64,000 bases of DNA, from assembly GCA_026195275.1 (NCBI GenBank), contig JAPHQU010000001.1, positions 77,712 to 141,711 on the forward strand, read 5' to 3'. Made by a program: the position numbers and the translations under genes. This DNA comes from Minisyncoccota bacterium. GTDB taxonomy: Bacteria > Patescibacteriota > Minisyncoccia > Phycocordibacterales > JABMNX01. Within the stretch, counting starts at the first letter, position 1; each line of letters opens with the position of its first letter. The notes below the pieces were generated by a model. The model saw only the letters and a list, made by a program, of their open reading frames with translations, was not told the DNA's origin and ran no database searches. Shown piece by piece: positions 28,171 through 42,003 of the stretch.

Positions 28171-28776
28171 TTACTTTACACGAATCTCAACGAGGGTTCC
28201 TCGGTGTCCGGGTACCGCGCCCTTAAGCACGATCTGATTGTTCTGCGTGTCGACCTGAAGCACTTTAAGGTTCTTGACCGTTACCCGGTCAGCACCCATA
28301 CGCCCTGCCATACGAAGCCCTTTAAGCACACGCTGCGGACCCTGTGCTCCAATTGAACCCGGAGTTCGCTCGTGGTGTTTGTTACCATGCGAACGACGAC
28401 CGCCGGCAAAACCATGGCGCTTCACCACACCCTGGAACCCTTTACCTTTTGAGACAGCTGAAACCTCAACAACATCTCCCACCTCAAACTTTGAGACATC
28501 GACGACATCTCCACGATTGAATTCCTCATCAGTTTTGAACTCTTTGAGCGTACGAAACATGCCAAGATCTTTGAAATGCCCCTTCTGTGCACTCGCAACA
28601 TTCTTTTCGTGCTTCTCACCAAAGCCAACCTGCACCGCTTGGTATCCGTCTTTCTCGGTCGTCTTTACCTGAGTCACGGTCACAGGACCCGCCTTGAGGA
28701 CGGTTGCCGGCGACACAGCACCAGTCTCATCAAAGACTTGCGTCATGTATTGCTTTGTTCCAAGAATGAATTTCAT
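28171..28776 (-). CDS. rplC: 50S ribosomal protein L3
   Basis: DGY.AVQ.G, SKGKGFQG.VKRHGF, KGAVPG. Confidence 0.97.
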   Translation of the reverse strand: MKFILGTKQYMTQVFDETGAVSPATVLKAGPVTVTQVKTTEKDGYQAVQVGFGEKHEKNVASAQKGHFKDLGMFRTLKEFKTDEEFNRGDVVDVSKFEVGDVVEVSAVSKGKGFQGVVKRHGFAGGRRSHGNKHHERTPGSIGAQGPQRVLKGLRMAGRMGADRVTVKNLKVLQVDTQNNQIVLKGAVPGHRGTLVEIRVK

Positions 28777-28995
28777 TGTTACGAAAAAATCCGCAATGGA
28801 CAGAGTTCCATGTGCGGAATATCTGCCATTGGTCCGCGAGGCGGACATAGCTACCCAAAATTGGGTACAGGGAGAGTATACAGGAGTGGAATAATAATGC
28901 AAGTAGAGCGCCCGCACCTCACTTGGAGGTTAAACGTTCTAAGTATTCTGATTCTCCATAAAATTTATCTAATGTGGCACTGGTGCTGACACAAC

Positions 28996-29022
28996 AAAAA
29001 ACCGCCTATATAGGCGGTTTTT
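28996..29022. terminator. Intrinsic terminator between rpsJ and rplC
   Basis: AAAAACCGCCTA TA TAGGCGGTTTTT. Confidence 0.7.
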
Positions 29023-29046
29023 TGTTGTGTTTCTGATAACCAGAGA

Positions 29047-29430
29047 CTACATCATCTTCACCTCAATCGAGACACCTGAAGGTAAAGATAGGTTGGTCAA
29101 CGACTCGATGACCTTCTGGTTGGGGTTGAGTATGTCGATCATCCGCTTATGGACCCGCATCTCGAATTGTTCTCGCGCGTCCTTATGTACGAACGTAGAC
29201 CGATTTACCGTGTAGCGCTTCTTTTCAGTCGGAAGCGGCACCGGTCCCACAACCTCAGCGTCGTAGCGCATCGCGGTATCGATGATCTGCTTCACCGATG
29301 TATCAAGGAGTTTGTGCTCGTAGGCGCGAACCCGGATACGAAGGCGTTCGATGCCGCCGGAAGCTTCCGGCGATTTCTTTTTTGCAGACGCTTTCTTTGT
29401 CGTTTTTTCTTTTGTCTCTTTAGTTGTCAT
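29047..29430 (-). CDS. rpsJ: 30S ribosomal protein S10 with basic N-terminal extension
   Basis: RIR.RAY.H, GPVPLPT, REQFEMR.HKR. Confidence 0.96.
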   Translation of the reverse strand: MTTKETKEKTTKKASAKKKSPEASGGIERLRIRVRAYEHKLLDTSVKQIIDTAMRYDAEVVGPVPLPTEKKRYTVNRSTFVHKDAREQFEMRVHKRMIDILNPNQKVIESLTNLSLPSGVSIEVKMM

Positions 29431-29499
29431 GGTTCTTTTTTCTCTTTTGGATGACACGCGTGTAACTACCAGTGTAGCACAGAGTGTCGTTTGTGTTGC

Positions 29500-30696
<1,197 letters not shown>

Positions 30697-30834
30697 GATA
30701 ATTTTCTTTTAATGACTTAGGAATTCCCAGAAGTAAGCGCGCGAGAACGATAACTTATTTCCAAGAACTACCAATGACTAATAAATGAACGGGCAGAACC
30801 CGCACAAAAAAACACGCGTTAATGCGTACCGAAC

Positions 30835-30863
30835 ATACTACAGAGGGCTAGTGTGAAAGTCAA
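30835..30863 (-). promoter_or_regulatory. Sigma70 promoter upstream of tuf
   Basis: TTGACT-N17-TAGTAT, downstream of the fusA terminator hairpin. Confidence 0.65.
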
Positions 30864-30963
30864 GAAAAAAGAAGCTGAAAATCATTAACTTTAGAAAGTA
30901 AGATAATCGCGAAAAAACACCAACCTGCAGGTTGGTGTTTTTTGTGGCTTATATAATACTCTT

Positions 30964-33156
<2,193 letters not shown>

Positions 33157-33227
33157 AAAATCAGTTTATAAAGTTAAAAGTTATAAAGTTCGCAAGATAT
33201 TCTTCTGTACTAAAGATACCCTGAAAA

Positions 33228-33689
33228 TTACCAGGCGAAGTGAGCAAAGGCCTTGTTCGCCTCTGCCATCTTGTGTGTATTCTCTCGGCGCTTTACCGCC
33301 TCTCCTTCACCTGCGTACGCGAGCATAAGCTCTTCGGCAAGTCGCTTATGCATTGGCATGCCTTTACGCGCCTTTGCAGCTGCAATGATCCAACGCATTG
33401 CGAGCGCAAGACGTCGCTCTGCGCGAATCTCGCGTGGCACCTGGTAGTTTGCACCACCGACACGCCGCGAGCGCACCTCAACTGATGGCTCAACATTGCG
33501 GAGCGCTGTCTCGAAGATCTCGATCGGGTCACCCTTCTTCTTGAGCTCATCGAACGTTCTGTACACAATCGTGCGTGCAGTGTTCTTCTTGCCGCGTTCC
33601 ATGATGTAGTTGATGAGCTTCGCTACCTTCACTGAGTCATACGTGAAGTCTGGCTGAAGTTCTACTTTTTTCTTGAGTGGTCGTCGCAT
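33228..33689 (-). CDS. rpsG: 30S ribosomal protein S7
   Basis: RRVGGANYQVP, HKMAEANKAFAHF. Confidence 0.98.
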   Translation of the reverse strand: MRRPLKKKVELQPDFTYDSVKVAKLINYIMERGKKNTARTIVYRTFDELKKKGDPIEIFETALRNVEPSVEVRSRRVGGANYQVPREIRAERRLALAMRWIIAAAKARKGMPMHKRLAEELMLAYAGEGEAVKRRENTHKMAEANKAFAHFAW

Positions 33690-33694
33690 AGTTA

Positions 33695-34102
33695 TTATTT
33701 TTCTCGTTTTGCACCGTAGCGGCTTCGGCTCTTCTTTCGGTTTGCTACCCCCTCCGCATCAAGCTTACCGCGCACAATCGTGTAGCGCACGTTAATGTCT
33801 TTCACGCGCCCACCGCGCAGAAGCACCACTGAGTGCTCCTGAAGGTTGTGTCCCATACCGGGGATGTATGCGGTTACCTCCATACCGTTCGTAAGACGAA
33901 CGCGGGCAATCTTTCGGATAGCTGAGTTCGGCTTACGCGGCGTCTTGGTCGTCACCTTTGTGCAGACTCCACGCTTGAATGGTGAGGGGTAGAATGCCGG
34001 ACGATTCTTAAGTGTATTGAAACCACGAGTAAGTGCCACCGCTTTTGATTTGGTGACCGGCTTTTTTCGTCCCTTTCGAGCAAGTTGATTGATTGTTGAC
34101 AT
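33695..34102 (-). CDS. rpsL: 30S ribosomal protein S12
   Basis: [22 protein letters not shown]. Confidence 0.98.
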   Translation of the reverse strand: MSTINQLARKGRKKPVTKSKAVALTRGFNTLKNRPAFYPSPFKRGVCTKVTTKTPRKPNSAIRKIARVRLTNGMEVTAYIPGMGHNLQEHSVVLLRGGRVKDINVRYTIVRGKLDAEGVANRKKSRSRYGAKREK

Positions 34103-34280
34103 AATTCAAACAGAAACACGCCAGTTGCGTGTGGACACTACTGTACTATGCCCGCTTAAAAAATGCAACAAAAGACGGGGCTGAGGCTCCGTTTCAGATG
34201 TTTTGTTCTCTTCTTCCGTATCCATTAATCAAATGAATCTGCTCAGTATCCAAACACACTCCTCGTCCTCTAATAATCTC

Positions 34281-34928
34281 CTAGATGCCAACGATATGTT
34301 GTGTAAGAGAGTAGACAAACTGTATGAACACACCACTAAAGAGATAGATAAAGAGAAGAATGAGTCCAAATCCGAGGAATACGTTGTACTCAAGCGTGAC
34401 GCGCAAGCGGTCATATGCCTGCGCGAGAGAGGACGGTAGAAATGCCGCAAGCACCTTTGAGCCGTCAAGTGGTGGGATTGGGATGAGGTTGATTGTCGCC
34501 AGAAGTATATTAATAAATACAACAAGTGTACTTATCTCAATAAACGCCGGTGTAAGGAAGCCGAACAATGACCCGATATGTACCACGACACCAAAGAAAA
34601 GTGCGATAAGGATATTCACGCCGGGACCAGCAAATGCCACGAGTGCTTCGCCCCACTTCTGCGCCCACGCGTACTTACGCAAATTATACGCATTGTACGG
34701 CACCGGCTTTGCCCATCCAAAGAGAATCGGAGAACTCGAGAGAACCAAAAGCCCCGGAATAATGATCGACCCCATGAGATCGATGTGCTTCAGCGGGTTA
34801 AGGGTGAGTCTGCCGGCAACGCGCGCGGTCGGATCACCAAGTGAGTTCGCAGCGTACCCGTGTGCAACCTCATGGATAACCACTGAGAGGATGAGTATGA
34901 TAATAGCGAAGAGAATTCCTGTTTCCAT
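34281..34928 (-). CDS. Site-2 protease (peptidase M50)
   Basis: HEVAH, AGP..N, NLIPIPPLDG. Confidence 0.95.
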   Translation of the reverse strand: METGILFAIIILILSVVIHEVAHGYAANSLGDPTARVAGRLTLNPLKHIDLMGSIIIPGLLVLSSSPILFGWAKPVPYNAYNLRKYAWAQKWGEALVAFAGPGVNILIALFFGVVVHIGSLFGFLTPAFIEISTLVVFINILLATINLIPIPPLDGSKVLAAFLPSSLAQAYDRLRVTLEYNVFLGFGLILLFIYLFSGVFIQFVYSLTQHIVGI

Positions 34929-35038
34929 ATATAGTCTATAGCTTATCGTCTTTACCGTGGTACGTAAATGGCGATTTGCATAAAACGAAGTAAACTGGTA
35001 TATTCTGTAGCACTTGATTGAGTGGTGGTGTGAAGATC

Positions 35039-35103
35039 ACCCCAGTGGAATCCTCCGCAGTAGTGGCGGAGGTGTGCCGCCAAGGCGACACATTTCACGG
35101 GGT
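35039..35103 (+). repeat. Three-way-junction palindromic repeat, copy 3 (rpmB leader)
   Basis: ACCCCAGTGGAAT..ATTTCACGGGGT enclosing two hairpins, downstream of TTGCAT-N17-TATATT (34976-35004). Confidence 0.8.
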
Positions 35104-35144
35104 GTCAGACCTTCTCATTCGCTCCGCTCATAACAAGGTCTAAC

Positions 35145-35387
35145 ATGGCAAAAGAATGTCCAATCACAAAGAAGACCTCTAAGGTTGCTGGCGGCTACAG
35201 CAACCGTACTCGTGCTACCCAATTCAACCCAACCGGCAAAAAGCGTCGCCAGGTGAACCTCCAGAAAAAGACTATTTTCGTCCCTGAGATTGATAAGAAA
35301 GTGACTGTCAAAGTATCAACCAAAGGAATCCGCACGATCAACAAGAACGGCGCATACAAAACCCTCAAGAAAGCAGGACTAATTTAG
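35145..35387 (+). CDS. rpmB: 50S ribosomal protein L28
   Basis: C.IT.K, RR..NLQ, V.VSTKGIRT. Confidence 0.9.
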   Translation: MAKECPITKKTSKVAGGYSNRTRATQFNPTGKKRRQVNLQKKTIFVPEIDKKVTVKVSTKGIRTINKNGAYKTLKKAGLI

Positions 35388-35447
35388 AAAGTTGAAGATG
35401 GAAAGCAGAAAGTAGAGACTAAACCCCGGCGCCATAGGCGCCGGGGT

Positions 35448-36314
35448 TTATCTTTTGGTGACTGAAAAGCCGTCTGATTCAAAGAGAATTGTTCCGACAT
35501 CCGCTGTGTTCACAGTTTCAATTCCAAGCGCATTGAAAAGACCTATCACTTCTTTATGCGGATGTCCGTAACGATTATCCTCCCCAGCAGAGATGACCGC
35601 AACTTGCGGGCTAACCGCGCGTACAAATGACTCATCACTCGATGTTTTTGAACCATGATGTCCTGCTTTGAGTACGTCGCTCTCCAAACTCCTGCTGTTG
35701 AGGTAGACAAGATACCGCTCAATAGTCTTCTGTGCGTCCCCGGTGAGCATAAACTCTGTCTCGCCGTACACAATACGGATGATGACCGAGCCAGAGTTCG
35801 TCTCAAGATGAGCGACATCACGGTCAGGGAAAAGTATGTCAGCGTACACCCCGCTCACCTCGTCGAGGACAACACGCTGTCCGCGGCGCGCAAGCGCCGC
35901 GGTGACATTGCTCCTTGAGACGGTCTTCTGCAGCTCTTCATATACTGCTGTGTCGTTGAATACACCCGAGTGGAGATATTGAGAGACTTCGTAGCGCGAA
36001 AGCACCTCAATCAGCCCGGCGATGTGGTCTTTGTCGGGATGTGTTGCGAGAACTACATCGATTGACCGGTCGCCCCACGGCATGACTTGTGAGAGTTCAC
36101 GGAGTACCCCCGTGTTCGACCCGCCATCAACGAGCATTTGGTTGCCATTTGGCGCTTCGATGTATATTGCATCGCCTTGCCCAACATCAAGGAACGCAAC
36201 AGTGAGCACCCCCACCCGATCTGTTGCCGCAAGCGTTGCAGACCAAATAAAAAAGTTGAAAAGAATGAATATCAGAACAACGAGTGAGCGTGAGTAGAGC
36301 TGTATAGACTTCAT
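35448..36314 (-). CDS. ComEC/Rec2-type MBL-fold domain protein
   Basis: FLDVGQGDA, THPDKDH, LTGD, GHHGSKTSS, YGHP. Confidence 0.93.
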   Translation of the reverse strand: MKSIQLYSRSLVVLIFILFNFFIWSATLAATDRVGVLTVAFLDVGQGDAIYIEAPNGNQMLVDGGSNTGVLRELSQVMPWGDRSIDVVLATHPDKDHIAGLIEVLSRYEVSQYLHSGVFNDTAVYEELQKTVSRSNVTAALARRGQRVVLDEVSGVYADILFPDRDVAHLETNSGSVIIRIVYGETEFMLTGDAQKTIERYLVYLNSRSLESDVLKAGHHGSKTSSDESFVRAVSPQVAVISAGEDNRYGHPHKEVIGLFNALGIETVNTADVGTILFESDGFSVTKR

Positions 36315-36383
36315 ACACTTTTAGTATACAAGAACAAACATTTAACTTTTGCTACAATAAAGAAAACTAATCACACATTACGT

Positions 36384-36971
36384 ATGGAGTATCAAGAACA
36401 AACATTTAACCTACCAGCGCTCGAAGGAATCTCAGCTGAGCAGATCGAGGTACACCTCGGGCTCTACCGCGGATACGTGAAGCACACAAACCTTATCCGC
36501 GAGAAAATCCATGAGCTGGAAGTCGCAAACAAAGAAGGAAATACATACACGATTGCTGAGCTTCGCCGACGCTTTAGCTTCGAATTCGACGGTATGCGCA
36601 TGCACGAATACTACTTTGAGTCTCTTGAAGATGGTGCAAAGACACTCGAAGATGGCGCACTTAAATCGGCGCTTGCGGATAAGTACGGAAGTTTTGACGG
36701 ATTCATTGAGCATTTCAAAGCAGTTGGTATGAGCCGCGGCATCGGCTGGACTGTCCTCTACTGGGACCCGAAAGGAGAAACACCACATGTCGCATGGGTT
36801 TCTGACCACGAGCTTGGTGTGCTCGCCGGGCTCCCCGTCCTCATCGCGATGGATATGTGGGAGCACGCCTTCATGGTTGACCATGTCCCCGCCGAGAAAA
36901 GCGCGTACATCGACGCCTTTCTCAAAAACCTTAACTGGAGTGTCGTCGAAAGACGATTTGGAACTCTATAG
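36384..36971 (+). CDS. Fe/Mn superoxide dismutase
   Basis: H..LY.GYV, HEYYF, DMWEHAF. Confidence 0.9.
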   Translation: MEYQEQTFNLPALEGISAEQIEVHLGLYRGYVKHTNLIREKIHELEVANKEGNTYTIAELRRRFSFEFDGMRMHEYYFESLEDGAKTLEDGALKSALADKYGSFDGFIEHFKAVGMSRGIGWTVLYWDPKGETPHVAWVSDHELGVLAGLPVLIAMDMWEHAFMVDHVPAEKSAYIDAFLKNLNWSVVERRFGTL

Positions 36972-37036
36972 AAACAAATGACGGACATCGATGTCCGTCA
37001 TTTGTGAATAGGGTTTTAATCTCTATTCTCGAGAAT

Positions 37037-37297
37037 CTAGCTTGATCCTCCTGGGGTACCAGGAGTTCCTGGAGTTCCTGGATCTTCAAGAGCGTCGCAC
37101 CCCGCTTCAGGAACCGGGTACTTGTCACCGTGCGCTTCGTGCGCAGGCCACGACCTCTCACTGACTTTGATTATCTCCCATGGATGTTCTTCAGAGCCGG
37201 TCTGGTGGCAGATCTCCATGCGCGTCTGTGTCATATACATCCCCGCTCCCGCAATAGCGGCAACAGCAACTCCGAATACAACTATTTGTGTTGGCAT
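37037..37297 (-). CDS. Small membrane-anchored protein with ICH..G..H..HGD motif and PGT repeats
   Basis: N-terminal hydrophobic helix, EICHQTGS..AHEAHGD, (PGT)3 tail. Confidence 0.7.
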   Translation of the reverse strand: MPTQIVVFGVAVAAIAGAGMYMTQTRMEICHQTGSEEHPWEIIKVSERSWPAHEAHGDKYPVPEAGCDALEDPGTPGTPGTPGGSS

Positions 37298-37354
37298 ATT
37301 ATTTATCGTATGTATTAAATGAATATACATATAGTATACCTGACACCTCCAACG

Positions 37355-38860
37355 CTATTCCACCAACATCCGTGTAAAACTCTCTTCTTCTTGTCTGCGC
37401 CAACGAATGAGAATCAAGAGAACGACTCCATAAAGCAGGTAGATACCAACCATAAGCCACAACGGGAAAGTGTCGAGATGCAGTGATGCAAAGGGGAGTC
37501 GTGCGAAGAGATCGACCACACCAAGCTGATACGAAAGAAAGATCTGCGCAAGAAACGCAAACGGTGTCGCGAGAGATTGACTCACAAACCCCACAACACC
37601 CGCGAGAAACCCGAAGAGCATGGTAATTGGCACCGTAATCAGCACAAGGAGGTTTACCGGCAAAGCGACAAGCGAGAGCTCGCCGACCTTGTAGAGAAGA
37701 AGTGGCAGTACAAATATTTGCGTTGCAATAGTCGCCGTCGCAAACTCGCGAAATTGCAAACGACTCGGCACGAAGTGAAGCCACTCCTCAAGAAGCGGCG
37801 CAAGCCAGATGAGCCCAAGCGTCGCAAGGAACGAGAGTTGAAAGGACGCGTCGTGAATAAGGATCTTTGGGTTGTGAAGCAACATGAGAAACCCCGCGAT
37901 GAAAAGCCCCCGGGTCATGTCGCTTGTGCGCCCAGTCGCGCGCGCAAGAATCACAAAAAGCGCCATGATGCTCGCGCGCACAATAGTTGCCGAGCCACCA
38001 ACCATGATCGCAAAGAGAGGGATCGCGCTCACTCCAAGCATGAGCCCGATTGCAGACGGAAAGAATGAAAGTGCGCGCATGATCGCGTCTGCAACGATGG
38101 TCACGTTGTAGCCGGAGAGCACCACAATATGGATGATACCGGTGGTACGAAAGTCTTGCTGCAGCTTCTCGCCGAGTGACTGCTTCGCACCAACGACGAG
38201 CCCACCAAGAAGCGAGCTCTCCGGGTCTGGGATGAGTCGGCCAATACTCTCAAGAAATGAATGTTTAAAACTAAAAAGATGACGCTTGATAATATTTCCA
38301 TGCCCACTTGATACAAAGGATATCTCGGGGAATATCATTTCATAAAATATGTCGTCCTTTGAGAGATATGCTGCGTAGTTAAAGTACCGACCGGCGTCTG
38401 TTGTGAATCCACCCGGTTTCATAAGCTCACCCTCAAGACGCACACGGTCGCCATAGTGAAACACGGGGTACGAATCCGCAACTACGCGGACCTTTTCACG
38501 GACGAGAGTCTCAGAGATGTGGTCTACAACCACTGTGTAGTTGGTATTATTCTCGCGCCGGTCCGGTTCATCAATAACAACCCCTTCGAGTATTGCTTCA
38601 CTTCCCGTACGTGATTCAAACTCGATACCTCCACGCTTGAGTTCAGCAATATCCATGCGCAACACCCCGCTCCCAACCGCAAGAATGACAAAACTAACAA
38701 GCAATACTTTTCTGCGCTCCTGAGAGACGAGCGAAGAGAGTGCAACAGCTCCTCCGAGAAAAAACACAAAGAAAGAAAATGCAAATCCAAGATCAAAAAA
38801 GGAGCGCCAGAGCACTCCGATACCAAACCCGATGATGATTATGTAGAGGAGAAACTTCAT
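37355..38860 (-). CDS. comEC: ComEC/Rec2 competence channel (OB + Competence domains)
   Basis: HIVVLSGYN, RASIMA, SFQLSFLAT. Confidence 0.93.
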   Translation of the reverse strand: MKFLLYIIIIGFGIGVLWRSFFDLGFAFSFFVFFLGGAVALSSLVSQERRKVLLVSFVILAVGSGVLRMDIAELKRGGIEFESRTGSEAILEGVVIDEPDRRENNTNYTVVVDHISETLVREKVRVVADSYPVFHYGDRVRLEGELMKPGGFTTDAGRYFNYAAYLSKDDIFYEMIFPEISFVSSGHGNIIKRHLFSFKHSFLESIGRLIPDPESSLLGGLVVGAKQSLGEKLQQDFRTTGIIHIVVLSGYNVTIVADAIMRALSFFPSAIGLMLGVSAIPLFAIMVGGSATIVRASIMALFVILARATGRTSDMTRGLFIAGFLMLLHNPKILIHDASFQLSFLATLGLIWLAPLLEEWLHFVPSRLQFREFATATIATQIFVLPLLLYKVGELSLVALPVNLLVLITVPITMLFGFLAGVVGFVSQSLATPFAFLAQIFLSYQLGVVDLFARLPFASLHLDTFPLWLMVGIYLLYGVVLLILIRWRRQEEESFTRMLVE

Positions 38861-38868
38861 AAGATCCG

Positions 38869-39279
38869 CTACTCCCCGCGGTCCATAGCTTCATTCGCGA
38901 GTCGGTCCGCTTCTGCGTTCTCCGCGCGCGGTATATGCGTGAAGGTAACATGTGGCATGTCTTTGAGCATCTCTTGGATCCGGTTGTATTGATCGCGAAG
39001 TGTGGGCATCTTAATACGGTAGTTACCATTGAGCTGCTCGACCACGAGTTGGCTATCAAGCTTAAAAAGTATCTTTTCCTCTGCAAATCCGAGATCTTTC
39101 GCGGTATGGAGTCCAAGGATAACCGCTTCATACTCCGCCCAGTTGTTTGTCTGCACACCAAGAAACCGCGAGGTCTCTTCAATAACCTTCCCGTCATCCC
39201 CCACAATAACAACACCGGCTCCAGCCGGCCCTGGGTTATTTCGCGCACCTCCGTCGGTATAGATCGTGATGTGTTTCAT
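38869..39279 (-). CDS. Ribonuclease HI family protein
   Basis: YTDGGARNNPGPAGAG, TNN.AEY, DSQLV, N.EAD.LAN. Confidence 0.93.
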   Translation of the reverse strand: MKHITIYTDGGARNNPGPAGAGVVIVGDDGKVIEETSRFLGVQTNNWAEYEAVILGLHTAKDLGFAEEKILFKLDSQLVVEQLNGNYRIKMPTLRDQYNRIQEMLKDMPHVTFTHIPRAENAEADRLANEAMDRGE

Positions 39280-39692
39280 TCGTGTAAGTATACCAAAGAA
39301 AAAGAAACGGCTCGCGCACAATGCGCGAGCCAGGAAATGTGAAGGCGACGGAAATTGAGGGTCGACACTCTTTTACGAACAACGAACCCATTCCATTGAG
39401 TACCCTCCTCGTCAAAGAAGGCATACGAGTCATCGACCTTGCTTTTTTTGCCGTGGTAGAGACCAACTCCATACGGCAAGGGGACCGTGAACTCTTCCAC
39501 GAATCCATTGCCGAGAATCTGTTTTGCAAGCGACGGGTCGGTGAGTGCGACGCCGCAAATGTGATACTCATGCCGAAAGAAGTAGGTTTGAAAAGATTTT
39601 TCTTGGTGCGACGCTTTCACATGAAGGACGTAGCAGTCGTCGAGGAACACCTTTTTAATCCAGCTTCCCAGAAAGAGAACATATTTCAGCAT
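39276..39692 (-). CDS. Hypothetical protein (SD-led ORFan)
   Basis: AGGGAG 7 nt before the ATG at 39692; no recognised motif. Confidence 0.5.
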   Translation of the reverse strand: MLKYVLFLGSWIKKVFLDDCYVLHVKASHQEKSFQTYFFRHEYHICGVALTDPSLAKQILGNGFVEEFTVPLPYGVGLYHGKKSKVDDSYAFFDEEGTQWNGFVVRKRVSTLNFRRLHISWLAHCARAVSFSLVYLHE

Positions 39693-39769
39693 GGTTTTTC
39701 TCCCTTTGTCTGTTTGATACGCCAGCTGTTCTAGAAAAGATAGTAACATCCTTTCACAGGATGTCAAAT

Positions 39770-41491
39770 CTAGCGAATGTCCACAATACGAAGCCGGAGT
39801 TCGGGAGACCGTCCAAAGGTTGAGCGCTCAATGTGCGCAACCACATTAACATTCTTCCCCGGCGCAATATCGACTTCGAAACTTTCTTCAGTGCGGAAAA
39901 ACGCAATCGCCGGAATAACTCTTCCGTTATCAGCGAGACACACCTCAAGATGATTCATGGTCTTCCCGAAACGTCGCACACTTTCAATTAGCACATTTTC
40001 GAACAGAAATATTGGTTTTGGATTACCTTCGCCAAACGGTGCAAGTTGATTGATTAACCGGTAGGTGCTCCACGACACATCAGCGGGCGTCAGTGTCGCA
40101 TCAACCTGTATCGACCCTTCTTTCTCGAGGGTTTCCACTTGTTCGTATGCTGTGTTAAGCACTGCTTCAAGTTCGTGCACACACTCACGAGTCACTGAAA
40201 AACCGCCGGAAAAGTGGTGTCCGCCAAAAGCAATAAGCGAGTGTGTTGCCGCCTTCATAAGTGAGACAACACTCACCTCTCCGTTTGAACGACATGACCC
40301 TTTAAGCACCCCACCACCTTCTTCTCCCCAGAGACACACTGTCTTTCCATGCTCATCTACAAGCGAGTTGGCGGCGAGTCCGAGGAGCGACGGCTTCCAT
40401 TTTGGGTTCCCCATCACAATAACCTCGCCAAGTGAGTCTCGCTCAGCAATTTCTTTCCTGATCTCGCGCACCATCGCGGCAACGACCCCTTTTCGCTCAT
40501 TATTGATCTTGTGCAAATGTTCTGCATACATACCACCCTCTGCCTCATCGCGGGTCGCAAGTAAATGAAACGCTTCATCCGGTCGGTCCATGCGGCTTGC
40601 CGCGTTGATGCGCGGAGCGATCATGAACCCAATATCATCTTCGGTAATCTCGTGTTGTTTCATCCACATCTTTCGGAATAATTTCATAAGCCCAGGGCGA
40701 GGCGATTTCCTGAGCACCATAAGACCATAGTGTGCGAGCACTCTATTCTCCCCCGTGAGCGGTACCATGTCGGCAACAGTTGCAATACCTACAACATCAA
40801 GGAGCCATTTCTCCCACCCTTCTGATATAGCAAAGTACTCACCCCCGAATTGTTTGTCCCCTTTTTGTATGAGCGCAGTGACCAGCTTCCACGCAACCCC
40901 CGCACCACAGAGCCCATCAAATGGGTAGGTGTCATCCGCCTGTTTGGCATTCACGATTGCGTAGGCCTCAGGCAACTCATCGCCCGGGAGGTGGTGATCG
41001 GTGATGATTACCTCAATACCAAGTTCGTTGGCATGCGCCACCGCATCAACATCAGTGATCCCAACATCAACAGTAATAATAAGTGAGACTCCTTGCTCAT
41101 TAAGTTTGTCTATTGCACACGCATTAAGCCCGTACCCCTCTTCGTGTCGGTGTGGGATGTAGTTGGTAAACTTCTTGTATTCGACTTTTTTGAAAAAGTC
41201 GTGAAGCACCACGCCGCCGGGGATACCATCGCAGTCAAAATCGCTGTATATCGCAATCATCTCTTTGTTTTTCATTGCCACGAGAATGCGATCAACCGCG
41301 CGACCCATATCTTTCATTAAAAAAGGGTCGTGAAGATGTTTTCCATAATCGGGATGTAAAAAATGTTCCGCTTCCTCGCGGGTCGCAATACCGCGGTTTG
41401 CGAGTAGTGTCCTCAAGAGCGACGGGTACACGTCAAGAGCATCCGATTCCTTTGTTTTCTCCTCCCGATTTTCTTGAGTACTAGTTGTCAT
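39770..41491 (-). CDS. recJ: ssDNA exonuclease RecJ
   Basis: DFDCDG, EGYG, TDHH, PRINAASR, GGH. Confidence 0.96.
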   Translation of the reverse strand: MTTSTQENREEKTKESDALDVYPSLLRTLLANRGIATREEAEHFLHPDYGKHLHDPFLMKDMGRAVDRILVAMKNKEMIAIYSDFDCDGIPGGVVLHDFFKKVEYKKFTNYIPHRHEEGYGLNACAIDKLNEQGVSLIITVDVGITDVDAVAHANELGIEVIITDHHLPGDELPEAYAIVNAKQADDTYPFDGLCGAGVAWKLVTALIQKGDKQFGGEYFAISEGWEKWLLDVVGIATVADMVPLTGENRVLAHYGLMVLRKSPRPGLMKLFRKMWMKQHEITEDDIGFMIAPRINAASRMDRPDEAFHLLATRDEAEGGMYAEHLHKINNERKGVVAAMVREIRKEIAERDSLGEVIVMGNPKWKPSLLGLAANSLVDEHGKTVCLWGEEGGGVLKGSCRSNGEVSVVSLMKAATHSLIAFGGHHFSGGFSVTRECVHELEAVLNTAYEQVETLEKEGSIQVDATLTPADVSWSTYRLINQLAPFGEGNPKPIFLFENVLIESVRRFGKTMNHLEVCLADNGRVIPAIAFFRTEESFEVDIAPGKNVNVVAHIERSTFGRSPELRLRIVDIR

Positions 41492-41529
41492 TTTGGCTCA
41501 TTTTATCATACAATCAGCATACGACTGAT

Positions 41530-41934
41530 ATGGACGACCTATTCGACAAAATCATCCGTGGCGATGTGCCCTCCGAGAAGATTTACGAGGATGAGTACAC
41601 GTACGCATTCCTCGACATTAACCCAAACAACCCTGGGCATACACTCGTCGTGCCAAAGGTGCACTCAACAAACGTTCTCGATATCACCGAAGACGACTGG
41701 GTACACCTCATGAAGACAGTGCGTCTCCTCGCGCCCAAAGTGAAAGAGGCAATGGAGGCTGATGGGGTACATGTGTACATGAATAACGAGCCAACCGCAT
41801 TCCAAGAGATCATGCACACCCACGTGCATATCATCCCACGACACAAAGGTGATGGTTTCCATCCATGGAAAGGAACACCTTACAGTAGTGAAGAGATATC
41901 AAAGGTTGGAGACGCTATTCGCGCACTACTCTAA
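41530..41934 (+). CDS. HIT family protein
   Basis: F.KII.G..P, GHTLVVPK.H, HTHVHIIPR. Confidence 0.95.
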   Translation: MDDLFDKIIRGDVPSEKIYEDEYTYAFLDINPNNPGHTLVVPKVHSTNVLDITEDDWVHLMKTVRLLAPKVKEAMEADGVHVYMNNEPTAFQEIMHTHVHIIPRHKGDGFHPWKGTPYSSEEISKVGDAIRALL

Positions 41935-42003
41935 TCTCTGCAAAAAAGACGGCGACCTGAAGTCGCCGTTTTGATATGTGTGCAAAAGAAAACTCGACAC
42001 ACC

